A stretch of 64,000 nt of DNA from Dehalococcoidia bacterium (GCA_030608005.1 JAUWIX010000003.1:4627-68626), one strand, 5' to 3'. Counted from the first letter of the stretch, positions 45,275 through 54,328 are shown. Translations and numbers: made by a program. Notes: generated by a model not told the origin, from the sequence alone.

Positions 45275-45358
45275 TCAGGCAACATATTCGACAGCCTTTA
45301 CCGAACCTTTCTCAGTGAAGTAGTATGTTTTCAAATTCTCAACTGTTAGCAGAGACAT
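45275..45358 (-). pseudogene. 27-codon stub of an oligopeptide-type ABC ATPase (OppD/DppD N-terminus)
   Basis: MSLLTVENLKTYYFTEKGSVKAVEYVA-stop matches the conserved LL.V.NL...F....G.VKAVD.VS start of OppD/DppD proteins. It ends before the Walker A motif and starts 6 nt after the permease stop. Confidence 0.6.
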
Positions 45359-45364
45359 CGGCTC

Positions 45365-46219
45365 TTACCTCTTCCCCAATTTCAGAGCGAAAAGGTCGTT
45401 GAGGGCAGTGCCAATAAAATTGAAGCCACAACTAATTAGTGCAATACACAGTCCAGGGGGAAATATCCACCACCATGCTCCCCGGATAAACGCCCCCTGT
45501 ATTTGAGCGAAGTATAGCATAACACCCCAGCTCTCATGCGTTGGGTCGCCTAAGCCGAGAAAGCTTAAGCCAGCTTCGGTCAATATGGCAAACATTATCT
45601 CCATGACACCATTTATAAGGATTATGCCTATGACATTGGGCAATATGTGACTAGCCATGATGTGAGTGTTGCCTGCCCCCATTGCTCTTGAAGCTTCAAT
45701 GAAGGTAGATTCCTTGACCGAGAGGACTTGTGACCTTACCTGCCTGGCAAGGCTCGCCCAGCCAACCACGGAATATACGAAAATTATGGTCCACATACCT
45801 GGGCCCATGTAAGCTGCCATTACAATCATCAAAGGAAGACGAGGCAAGGCTATGACTATGTCAGTTATCCTCATCAGGACTTCGTCCACAATCCCACCTA
45901 AGAAACCAGAAACTAACCCTACTATAGACCCGGTCATGACGATTAATGAGGCGCAGATGAAGCCAACCATAAGCGAGATGCGACCAGCGAAAATGAGCTC
46001 GCTGAGAATATCATTCCCAATATCATTTGTCCCCAGTAGATGCTCCCAACTGGGCGGGTCGAAGGCCCTGCCTACAGTGAGGCTTGGGTCGTATGGTGCG
46101 ATGTGTGGGGCGAGAATAATAACTATAACAAAGAGAACCACAATAGCCAAGCCAAAAACTGCTGTCTTCCTTTGCTTGTATACTCGCCAAAACTCAATTA
46201 ATTGTTTCTTCTTCAACAT
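45365..46219 (-). CDS. ABC transporter permease (DppC/OppC type)
   Basis: 284 aa with an EAA-like loop STFIEASRAMGAGNTHIMASHILPN. Confidence 0.85.
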   Translation of the reverse strand: MLKKKQLIEFWRVYKQRKTAVFGLAIVVLFVIVIILAPHIAPYDPSLTVGRAFDPPSWEHLLGTNDIGNDILSELIFAGRISLMVGFICASLIVMTGSIVGLVSGFLGGIVDEVLMRITDIVIALPRLPLMIVMAAYMGPGMWTIIFVYSVVGWASLARQVRSQVLSVKESTFIEASRAMGAGNTHIMASHILPNVIGIILINGVMEIMFAILTEAGLSFLGLGDPTHESWGVMLYFAQIQGAFIRGAWWWIFPPGLCIALISCGFNFIGTALNDLFALKLGKR

Positions 46220-46221
46220 GA

Positions 46222-47193
46222 TTAATACCTGATTCTTGGGTCAAGGTACATATAAAGTATGTCAACGATGAAGTTGGCTATAACAACAACCAACCCAAAC
46301 ATGAAAAAGCATCCCTGCATCACTGGGTAGTCACGACTTAGCACCGAGTCATAGATTAACAGCCCAATCCCAGGATAGGAGAAAATCGTTTCTACGTAAA
46401 CTGAGCCACCGACAGCCATGGCAGAACTCAGGGCTAGGAAGGTTACCATTGGCAGGAGCGCATTGCGGGCAGCATGCCTGTACTTTATCCTGTTTTCACT
46501 TAACCCCTTAGCTTCAGCGGTTAGTATGTACTGCTCTCTGAGCACGCCGACCATGGTGTTTCTCAGGATAAGCTGGTAGACAGCATACTGACCAATGGTC
46601 AGGACTATGATAGGGAGCGCCGCATGCTTCATTATATCTGCTATATGCTCAAGGGTGCTTGAGTATTCGGTACCTATAGAGTGAGCGCCGACGAGCGGAA
46701 ACCACCCAAGCTGGAAACCGAATATAAATAGAAATACCATGCCCAGCCAGAAGACCGGTGTTGAGAAAACGGCCAAGGAGCCAGTCTGTAATACAGAATC
46801 TACGTTGCTGCCGGCCTTCCAGCCTGAGGTTACTCCCAAGATGTAGCCGATGATCACTTGTAATATCAAGGCAAAGCCGAGAACTAGGAGGGTCCAGGGC
46901 AATGCCTGCGCCACTACATCCAAAACTGGGGTAGGAAAATAAGAAAATGATAATCCAAAATCTCCCCTGAAGGCGTTTATAAAATAGTGGCAGAATTGCT
47001 GCCAAAGAGGCGCATCCAGTCCAAATCGTGCTATTAGCGCCTGCCGTGCCTCAACAGTCAGTTTAACTCCGCCGGCAAATTTGTCTATGGGGTTCCCAGG
47101 CATCATTCGGGGAATAACGAAGTTTATGAGCACGACAGTAAATAGTACCACAAGGCCCGCGCTAGCCCGTCTGACAAACCAGCGACCAGTCAA
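46222..47193 (-). CDS. ABC transporter permease (DppB/OppB type)
   Basis: 323 aa with an EAA-like loop EQYILTAEAKGLSENRIKYRHAARNAL. Confidence 0.85.
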   Translation of the reverse strand: MTGRWFVRRASAGLVVLFTVVLINFVIPRMMPGNPIDKFAGGVKLTVEARQALIARFGLDAPLWQQFCHYFINAFRGDFGLSFSYFPTPVLDVVAQALPWTLLVLGFALILQVIIGYILGVTSGWKAGSNVDSVLQTGSLAVFSTPVFWLGMVFLFIFGFQLGWFPLVGAHSIGTEYSSTLEHIADIMKHAALPIIVLTIGQYAVYQLILRNTMVGVLREQYILTAEAKGLSENRIKYRHAARNALLPMVTFLALSSAMAVGGSVYVETIFSYPGIGLLIYDSVLSRDYPVMQGCFFMFGLVVVIANFIVDILYMYLDPRIRY

Positions 47194-47271
47194 TCTACAA
47201 CCTCCTCAACGGCGTGGTCTACAAAACTGTGAGTAAGATATGCCCAGATGGTGCTAAGTAATAGTCCTGCT

Positions 47272-47305
47272 GCAGCTTGCCCGAGGCTTACCTCAGGCAA
47301 GCTGC
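47272..47305 (-). promoter_or_regulatory. Intercistronic stem-loop after the binding-protein gene
   Basis: GCAGCTTGCC (47272-47281) pairs with GGCAAGCTGC (47296-47305) in a perfect 10-bp stem, 6 nt after the SBP stop. No T tract follows, so it is more likely an mRNA-stabilising or attenuating hairpin than a full terminator. Confidence 0.5.
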
Positions 47306-47311
47306 GCTAGG

Positions 47312-49018
47312 TTACTTATTTATAGGGCGAACCGACAGCAGGTTTTGTATTGAGCCTAGTGGATGCAATGCTCCTACGTAGTTGATTCGGGCTGGGTTCC
47401 AGTCTGTCAACCTATCTGTCCGGTAGGCCGCTGGGTGCAACCTATGGCCTAACATTATTACCACTAGCTCATCGGCAAAGAGCTTTTGCCATTTCTTTAC
47501 TATCGCCAAGCGCTTGGTTTCGTCCATCTCTCTTCTTGATGCTTGCATTAGCGATACTGTCTCTTCATTCTCCCAACCAAAGGCTGGTCCGTTACACCAT
47601 GATGTTGGCGGTTCAGGAGCCCAATCTCTTGCGATGTAGTCAACAGTGCCCACAGTGGAACCATGTACCAACAAATCCCAGTCCTCTGTACGCTCCCCGC
47701 TGTAAATGATGCCACCGTACAGTGTCTCTGGATCTGATGTGAGGATATTGCACTCAATGCCTATTTTCTCCAAGTCCTTTTTGACTTGCTCAGCTGCTCG
47801 GATATAGGAAGGCCAAGTCATCACTCTTAAACGGAATTCTATCTTTTTCCCTTTGTCAGTTACCCTTATCCCGTCCTTCCCTGCCTTGAAGCCCAGGTCA
47901 TCGAGCATAGCATTAGCCTCAGTAACTCTCTCCTCTTCACTCATGTCTGTGTAAGGCCAAACAAGGTCGGTGTCAGCCCACTTGGAGAGTGCTGGCGGAA
48001 CATAGCCCATTAGCGGTGGATACTCTCCATATCCGCCCAGTGCGTTCTGTATGACAGCCCTTCTGTCTATTACCACGTTCATTGCCTGTCGAACTTTCAA
48101 GAGATTGAGTGGATATGAGCGAAAGTTAACCGCCAGGTAGAAATCGTGGGGCCATTTATCCACAACGACGTTCACAGCCGGGTCTTCTTGTAGAGCTGGA
48201 ATTAATGCTTCCTGCCCAGAGAGGTCTGGCATAATGTCGATTTCGCCTCTCTTCATAAGCATGATGGCCGCTTCCATGTTCGAGTAACACCTAATCACTA
48301 CCTCGTCGATATATGCTGGACCACGCCAATAGTCCTGATTCTTGACCGCAATGAAGTACTGTCTAGGCACGAACTCCTTAAACAGGAAAGGTCCACTGCC
48401 TACAGGATTGGGGTTTGGGTATTCATCTACCTGATCAACCTCTGACCAAATATGCTTTGGCATGATTAAGGTGCCGCCAGCCAAACTTAGAAAGGCAGCC
48501 GAGGGCTCCTTCATCTTGAAGCTCACCGTATGCCCATCTATGGCTTGAATTGAGTCTACGAAAGCTTCAGTGGTTGCACCAAGGGAGAAGTCATACTTGT
48601 AGGCAGTCTCAAAAGTGAACTTCACATCGTCGGCAGTAAGCGGCTCTCCATCACTCCATTTAGCCCTCTCATCCAGATGGAAAATCCACGTACTCTCCTC
48701 GGGTTTGTACTCCCAACTTTTTGCAATCCAGGGCTCTACAGTTCCGCTCATCATTGGCATACACAAGGGCTCATACATGAGCCCTAAGTATAGGTAGTCG
48801 CCCTCATTTCGTGCTAGAAACGGATTCATCCCTGCTTGAGGAGTCTCCGACCAACCTATCTGAACCACGGATTTCTCCGCTGGTGGTGTCGGCTCCTCCT
48901 CTTCAGGTGGAGTCGGTGTTACCTCTTCAGGGGTACAAGCTGTGAAAGGGATTGCAACCAATGCTAGTATCAAACACAAACTTCCAATCAGTGTTAGCAA
49001 TTTTTTCTGTTTCATCAA
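47312..49018 (-). CDS. ABC transporter substrate-binding lipoprotein, family 5 (peptide/nickel type)
   Basis: 568 aa with a signal peptide ending in FTAC and a Pro/Glu-rich linker, followed by a family-5 SBP-like body. Confidence 0.85.
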   Translation of the reverse strand: MMKQKKLLTLIGSLCLILALVAIPFTACTPEEVTPTPPEEEEPTPPAEKSVVQIGWSETPQAGMNPFLARNEGDYLYLGLMYEPLCMPMMSGTVEPWIAKSWEYKPEESTWIFHLDERAKWSDGEPLTADDVKFTFETAYKYDFSLGATTEAFVDSIQAIDGHTVSFKMKEPSAAFLSLAGGTLIMPKHIWSEVDQVDEYPNPNPVGSGPFLFKEFVPRQYFIAVKNQDYWRGPAYIDEVVIRCYSNMEAAIMLMKRGEIDIMPDLSGQEALIPALQEDPAVNVVVDKWPHDFYLAVNFRSYPLNLLKVRQAMNVVIDRRAVIQNALGGYGEYPPLMGYVPPALSKWADTDLVWPYTDMSEEERVTEANAMLDDLGFKAGKDGIRVTDKGKKIEFRLRVMTWPSYIRAAEQVKKDLEKIGIECNILTSDPETLYGGIIYSGERTEDWDLLVHGSTVGTVDYIARDWAPEPPTSWCNGPAFGWENEETVSLMQASRREMDETKRLAIVKKWQKLFADELVVIMLGHRLHPAAYRTDRLTDWNPARINYVGALHPLGSIQNLLSVRPINK

Positions 49019-49090
49019 TAAAAATTCTCCTCTCTAAGATTTTGTTTAGCTAAATTACTCAACTACCTCATCTCTCACCCCCTTTTCTTT

Positions 49091-49378
49091 CTACAATTTC
49101 CCGAGCTTTCCTGAGCCACTCTTGGTCAAAATACCAATACCGTTATTATCAATAAAGCTTGGTGGCAGCTACACCCCGTGCTTAGTTCAATTTATTAAGC
49201 GCCCTACCTTCATACCAAGCTGCCTAACCACCTCAATAGCTATCATCTGGCCACTCAATCTCAGTCTAGCCATAAGTCTAACCCTTTTTATAATTATAGC
49301 ACTAATCCAATGCTTAGCAAGAGCTTTTAGGAGTTTTTCCAACTCTAAAGGACGCTTTGCTAACAGGAGCGGTTCCAT
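49091..49378 (-). pseudogene. Decayed N-terminal fragment of an IS630/Tc1-like transposase
   Basis: The HTH-like segment RVRLMARLRLSGQMIAIEVVRQLGMKVGRLIN is followed, in the same frame, by TGA where W is expected, a TAG, then NNGIGILTKSGSGKLGKL and another TAG. This resembles the ..EEG..GL.D.PRSGRP.KL segment of IS630 transposases. There is no catalytic domain. Confidence 0.4.
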
Positions 49379-49842
49379 ATGAGGTAAAGCGGTGCTTTGG
49401 GGAATAGAGGCCGAAGTCTGTGCGTACTCATAGGCGATATGGCGGATAACAAAACGCCCTTTTGTTAGAACGGGCTACCAGGTACAAGGCGGAAAGATGG
49501 CAACAACGCCTCAGCGAATCGTGTCTTTGTACCACGTGACATAGTCTGCGAAACAGGCTAGAGTGGTTAAGAATGAAAAAACTTTCGCTGGAGACAAGTG
49601 CTGCTAGGCTACTATGCTAACCGTGTGAGCTACGAAGGTTAATTACGAAAGATTGCACAAAAAGCCAACATGTTCAGTGATGTGAAGAGCGCCTACGGAA
49701 TATACTGAAGAACTCAGGTGGCAAAGGGGCTAAAATGGCTGAGGGTGCAAGGAACTAACTAGTCGCTAGATTTACTTATTCAATAAGCCACCCCGGGCAC
49801 CCTCAGCCTTTCCCACGGGCATCAAGCTACTGCTAAACTTAA

Positions 49843-50358
49843 TTAACTATGTGAGAGTCTCTTGGTACTTTGTAGAAAGCCGTAAGCAAGCAGTCCTCCG
49901 GCTAAAGCAGTTACCAGTTGAGGCCAGCTCATCATTATTGCTACCTTTGCTGCTACCTGTTGGTTAAGGAGTAGGTTAGTGACTATTGAACTGGTGCCAA
50001 AAAGGAAGGCGAACTTCAAGACAGCTCCTGAGACAACTCCCAGCCAATAGTTTTTGTGTCTCAGGTAACCAAAGGTTACCACCAATATGGCATTCCCCAC
50101 AATAATAAAAGGAATCATTGGAGCCAGCACTGGGGGGAGAAGTCCAATACCTAAGGCTATCGAGCTGGGGATTAAGCCGATAAGAAGCCCGTCTCTTATA
50201 CCAAGTACAGCCACGGCTATCAGAAGTGTGGCATTAACAATAGGCCCGGTAATAAATTGGTTATGGATTAAAGGGGCGGCGCTGGCTATTCCCAGTAATA
50301 CAACAAAGGTAATTACTGCTGTTCTGTTGATAGTTAGACTTTCTACTCTGCTATTCAT
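49843..50358 (-). CDS. Small polytopic membrane protein at the 3' end of the hydrogenase operon (HymD-position)
   Basis: 171 aa with about 5 TM spans, 55 nt downstream of the hydrogenase catalytic gene. The HymD label is from memory of Dehalococcoides hym operons. Confidence 0.5.
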   Translation of the reverse strand: MNSRVESLTINRTAVITFVVLLGIASAAPLIHNQFITGPIVNATLLIAVAVLGIRDGLLIGLIPSSIALGIGLLPPVLAPMIPFIIVGNAILVVTFGYLRHKNYWLGVVSGAVLKFAFLFGTSSIVTNLLLNQQVAAKVAIMMSWPQLVTALAGGLLAYGFLQSTKRLSHS

Positions 50359-50413
50359 TTCTTTTACCCTTCCTTTGCTTATAAAATCTATAAATTGCTC
50401 TAATCTATTTGAA

Positions 50414-52132
50414 TTATACCCTTCCTCTGTTAGTATATTTAGTATGCAGTAGATGATGCGATTTCTCCCCCAATGGTTCTTTCAAGTAATCTTGGTATAC
50501 CTTCTTTATTGACGGGTTATCGTGCGACCTGCGGTAAGGAAGCACCCTATCCTCATTGTAGAGAACTTGCCCTCGAATGCCCCTCAATGCCAAATCAAAG
50601 CTAATTGGTTGTCCGCCGCCACCTACACACCCACCGGGGCAAGCCATAATTTCAATAAAGTGGTAAGGCGATTTGCCAGCCCTTACCTCATCAAGGATTT
50701 TTCTGGCATTACCCAGCCCGTGAGCTACAGCCACTTTCACCTCCAAGCTATCCACATTCACAGTAGCTGTCTTTATTCCATCAAGTCCCCTTACCGGCTC
50801 AATATCTATTCTCTCCAGCTCTTTGCCGGTGACAAGCTTGTAAGCTGTCCGCAGTGCTGCCTCCATCACTCCGCCGGTGGCGCCAAATATTGTTCCTGCT
50901 CCAGAATAGAGTCCCATAAGCTGACTTGCTGACTCGTCAGGTAAACCAGCGAAGTCAATCCCTGCCTCCTTAATCATACGGGCGAGTTCCCTTGTCGTCA
51001 GAACATAGTCAACATCTCTAAACCCACTATCGGTCATCTCGGGTCTCTGTGCCTCAAACTTCTTGGCGGTGCACGGCATGACGGAAACAGAGACAATCTT
51101 TGCTGGATAAATTCCCGCCTTTTGGGCATAATATGTCTTGGCTAGCGAACCAAACATTTGTTGAGGGGACTTACAGGTGGAGACATTAGGAATAAGGTCA
51201 GGATAGAAATGTTCCATGAACTTAATCCATCCCGGGCAACACGAGGTAATCTGAGGTAGAACACTGCCTTCGGTAATCCTTTTCACCAATTCATTTGCCT
51301 CTTCCATAATGGTTAGGTCAGCACTGAAGTTAGTGTCAAAAACAGCATCAAAGCCCAATCTTCTCAGCGCGGTGTGCATCTTGCCGGCAACAAGTGTTCC
51401 TGGTGGAAGACCTAGCTCTTCGCCCAATGCTGCCCTAATTGCTGGTGCTTCCTGAACAACGACGTGCTTTTTGGGGTTGGCAAGGGCTGCCCACACCTCA
51501 TCAACAGCCGACTTTTCTTTGATGGCTCCCACCGGGCAGACCTGGATGCATTGACCGCAGTTGGTGCACTCCACATTGCCCAACCCCTTCTCCATGAAAG
51601 TAGAGACCTTAATGTCAAGCCCACGATTAATAAAGCCGATTACACTTACTGTTTGCACATCATGGCAGACACGAACACATCTCCCGCAGAGGATACATTT
51701 ATTGGGGTCACGGATAATGGCCGGGCTTGTCTCATCCAGTTCATAAGATGGCTTTTCCCCCTCAAATCTTACCTTTTTTACCCCCAGCTCAAAGGCTAGT
51801 TTTAGGAGCTCGCAGGTTTGATTTCTTTCACAGGTAGGACAATCCGCGGAATGATTTACCAGCAGGAGCTCAACAATCATTTTCCTAGCTCTTCTCACTC
51901 TGGCTGTGTTTGTGTGTACCTTCATCCCCTCACTTACAGCACGCACGCAGGAAGGGGCTAGTCTGGGCTCACCCTCAATCTCAACGCCGCAGATACGGCA
52001 GTGATACTCTGGTTCAAGCCCCTCCAGGTAGCAGAGGTGAGGAATATCAATGCGCAACTGCTTAGCTGCGTTCATAATGCTGGTTCCTTCAGGAACTGTA
52101 ACTTTTTCACCATTTATAGTTAATGTAAACAT
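50414..52132 (-). CDS. hymC: [FeFe] hydrogenase catalytic subunit (HydA/HymC, NuoG-like N-terminus)
   Basis: It has an N-terminal 2Fe-2S and ferredoxin domains. All three H-cluster motifs are present: TSCCPGW, MPCTAKKFE and EIMACPGGCVGGGGQP. Confidence 0.9.
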   Translation of the reverse strand: MFTLTINGEKVTVPEGTSIMNAAKQLRIDIPHLCYLEGLEPEYHCRICGVEIEGEPRLAPSCVRAVSEGMKVHTNTARVRRARKMIVELLLVNHSADCPTCERNQTCELLKLAFELGVKKVRFEGEKPSYELDETSPAIIRDPNKCILCGRCVRVCHDVQTVSVIGFINRGLDIKVSTFMEKGLGNVECTNCGQCIQVCPVGAIKEKSAVDEVWAALANPKKHVVVQEAPAIRAALGEELGLPPGTLVAGKMHTALRRLGFDAVFDTNFSADLTIMEEANELVKRITEGSVLPQITSCCPGWIKFMEHFYPDLIPNVSTCKSPQQMFGSLAKTYYAQKAGIYPAKIVSVSVMPCTAKKFEAQRPEMTDSGFRDVDYVLTTRELARMIKEAGIDFAGLPDESASQLMGLYSGAGTIFGATGGVMEAALRTAYKLVTGKELERIDIEPVRGLDGIKTATVNVDSLEVKVAVAHGLGNARKILDEVRAGKSPYHFIEIMACPGGCVGGGGQPISFDLALRGIRGQVLYNEDRVLPYRRSHDNPSIKKVYQDYLKEPLGEKSHHLLHTKYTNRGRV

Positions 52133-52141
52133 TGTTCCTCC

Positions 52142-53371
52142 TTATTCCCTCACTTTCTGCTCAAATTCGTCTCTAAAGAGCTTTATAGCACTGGTAGTAG
52201 CACTCATTGCTACCTGCCCTAAGCCACAGCAAGCGGTATCATACATTACTTCGCCTAACTCTAACAGCAGGTCAAGTTCTTCGGCTCTGCCACCCCCATT
52301 GGCAAATCGGGTGATAATCTCCCTGGCTCTTCTTGTTCCCTCACGGCACACCGAGCACTTACCGCAAGACTCATGAGCAAAAAAATCTATCGTGTTCTTA
52401 GCCACATCTATCATACTGGTATCGCTATTTATCACGATTACTGCCCCTGAGCCTAGCATGCTACCCGCTTTGGCTATACTCTTATAGTCCAGCTTCACAT
52501 CAAGGTCAGTGAGCAGGCTGCTGGAAACGCCACCTGGCAAAACAGCTTTGAATTCACCCCTTACTCCCCCTCCGTAGTTCTCGATAAGTTCCCGTAGTGG
52601 TATCCCCGTGGGAAGCTCATATACCCCGGGTTTATTTACCTGTCCTGATAAGCAGAATAGTTTGGGACCAGGCGAACCAGGGCTGCCAATCTTTGAATAC
52701 CAGTTGCCACCGTTAATTATAATAGCCGGGATATTTGCCAGGGTCTCAACATTGTTTACTGCTGTTGGCTTACCTAAGAATCCAGATTGCGCTGGGAATG
52801 GAGGTCGGCAGTCAGGTGAGCCTCTATTCCCCTCCATTGATTCAAGCAGGGCTGTCTCTTCGCCACATACATAAGAGCCGGCACCCTTGTAAAGTTGGAT
52901 ATTAAATGAGAAACCGGAGCGAAGGATATTATTGCCCAGGTATCCCTTTTCTTTCGCCTGTTTGATGGCTTTTTCTAACACCTCAATCTCGGGGTAATAC
53001 TCGCCCCTGACGTAAATATATCCATGGCTGGTTCCAATAGCGTAACCACCAATGATGATAGCTTCTAAGAGAAGATGTGGGTCGTTTCTGAGGATGACAC
53101 GGTCTTTAAATGTTCCTGGTTCGCCTTCATCAGCGTTACATACTATGAACTTTGGCTCACCGTCCTCTTTACTGGTAAATGACCACTTTAAGCCAACAGG
53201 GAAGGCGGCTCCACCTCTGCCCACAAGCCTGGACTTTTTGACCTCGTCAATGACCTCTTCAGGCTTTAGAGTCAAAACTTTTTCCAGAGCTTTATAGCCA
53301 CCGTCGGCTAGATATACTTCAATGTCCTGGGAATTGGGTTTATCAATATTTTTGGTCAATATCTTTTCCAT
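52142..53371 (-). CDS. hymB: NADH-binding FMN/Fe-S subunit (NuoF/HydB/HymB)
   Basis: It has GRGGAAFP and ESCGKCSVCREG motifs. The protein is 409 aa. Confidence 0.9.
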   Translation of the reverse strand: MEKILTKNIDKPNSQDIEVYLADGGYKALEKVLTLKPEEVIDEVKKSRLVGRGGAAFPVGLKWSFTSKEDGEPKFIVCNADEGEPGTFKDRVILRNDPHLLLEAIIIGGYAIGTSHGYIYVRGEYYPEIEVLEKAIKQAKEKGYLGNNILRSGFSFNIQLYKGAGSYVCGEETALLESMEGNRGSPDCRPPFPAQSGFLGKPTAVNNVETLANIPAIIINGGNWYSKIGSPGSPGPKLFCLSGQVNKPGVYELPTGIPLRELIENYGGGVRGEFKAVLPGGVSSSLLTDLDVKLDYKSIAKAGSMLGSGAVIVINSDTSMIDVAKNTIDFFAHESCGKCSVCREGTRRAREIITRFANGGGRAEELDLLLELGEVMYDTACCGLGQVAMSATTSAIKLFRDEFEQKVRE

Positions 53372-53381
53372 TTTCGCTTCC

Positions 53382-53849
53382 TTACCCCTTCAGCTCAGCG
53401 ATGATTTTTTTAGCTGACTCTTCGGTCAGGTTCTCATAGATTTTGTCATTAATCATCATGGCTGGTGCTTTATCGCATAGACCTAAACAAGGCACAACCT
53501 CTAAAGTGAAGTTCTTATCTGGCGATGTTTCCCCAGCTTTTATGCCCAACTCCCTCTCTATCACCTCTAACATATTTTCCGAATTGTTGAGATAGCAGGG
53601 AAGAGAGTTGCACAGGCGGATGACATATTTCCCCTGCTCCTTAGTAGTAAGCATCCCATAAAAGGTTATCACCCCGTAGATATCTACCGATGGGACATCC
53701 AAGTTTTCTCTTAAGTAGCTAACTGCCTCTTGCGGGATGTAACCAGATACCTCTTGGATGGCTTCCAAACAGGGCAAGAGTGTCTCTCTTGCCTTTCCTC
53801 TCTGTTTAGTAACCTCATCCACCTTTGTTTTCCATAAGGCTGTGCTCAT
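53382..53849 (-). CDS. hymA: 2Fe-2S thioredoxin-like subunit (NuoE/HydC/HymA)
   Basis: It carries the cysteine pattern CNSLPC...CLGLCDKAP. The protein is 155 aa. Confidence 0.85.
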   Translation of the reverse strand: MSTALWKTKVDEVTKQRGKARETLLPCLEAIQEVSGYIPQEAVSYLRENLDVPSVDIYGVITFYGMLTTKEQGKYVIRLCNSLPCYLNNSENMLEVIERELGIKAGETSPDKNFTLEVVPCLGLCDKAPAMMINDKIYENLTEESAKKIIAELKG

Positions 53850-54037
53850 TCTAATCTCCTTATACCCGATTACTTAAAACAGACTGCCCAATCATGCAGC
53901 AACACCTTTGCTCCGGGTTAAGTATTTTTTGTGAGACCGGCGTTAGCTCTATTGCTTGGTTTTTCTCTTAACCCTTTCTATAATGTTACTAGTACAAATA
54001 CCCTCCCGCTACCGCTCCGAAAAGCGCTAGAAAATGA

Positions 54038-54328
54038 GGCTGGCCCGACGATATCGGGTTCCTCACTGAATGGCACATCAGAGAGTTCTTGGGTTATGTA
54101 GCGATTGAAACAGATCGCTGGGGGCTTGAAGGCAATGGCTCTGAGACTCCCCAGTGTAAGGCTCCCCACTCGACTGTCCATCATTGCTTCGTCGTTCTTT
54201 CCTGCTTTTTCAACCGGCTTGTCCAAGAAGGCTTCCTTCAGGAAAACCCAATGGCTAGGATAGGGGTGGCTAGGCCAAAGCCCAGGGTCATTGGTCTGCC
54301 CCCCAGTATAGATGTCACTCAAGGTTGA
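54038..54328 (+). pseudogene. N-terminal (SAM-like DNA-binding) fragment of a tyrosine recombinase, no catalytic domain
   Basis: The open frame reads GWPDDIGFLTEWHIREFLGYVAIE...CFFNRLVQEGFLQENPMARIGVARPKPRVIGLPPS and then stops. The pattern matches XerC/D-type N-domains (..FFNWLV.EG.L..NP...I..PK). Confidence 0.5.

Noticed and set aside
49787-49795. A 9-bp match (GCCACCCCG) to the 3' end of tRNA-Pro that could be the right attachment site (attR) of an 11-kb island.
   Set aside because: A 9-mer is expected by chance in 2x64 kb. The flanking bases do not extend the match, so the island boundary is left undefined.
49379-49842. Assigning the ORF-free region to tmRNA, RNase P RNA or a cobalamin riboswitch.
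   Set aside because: The tRNA-like 3' end, the resume codon and the ..ALAA tag of tmRNA are absent. The GAGGAAAGUCCGG and ACAGAACCCGGCUUA blocks of RNase P are missing in a consistent orientation. There is no B12 box (GCCACUG), and no suitably oriented downstream gene exists.
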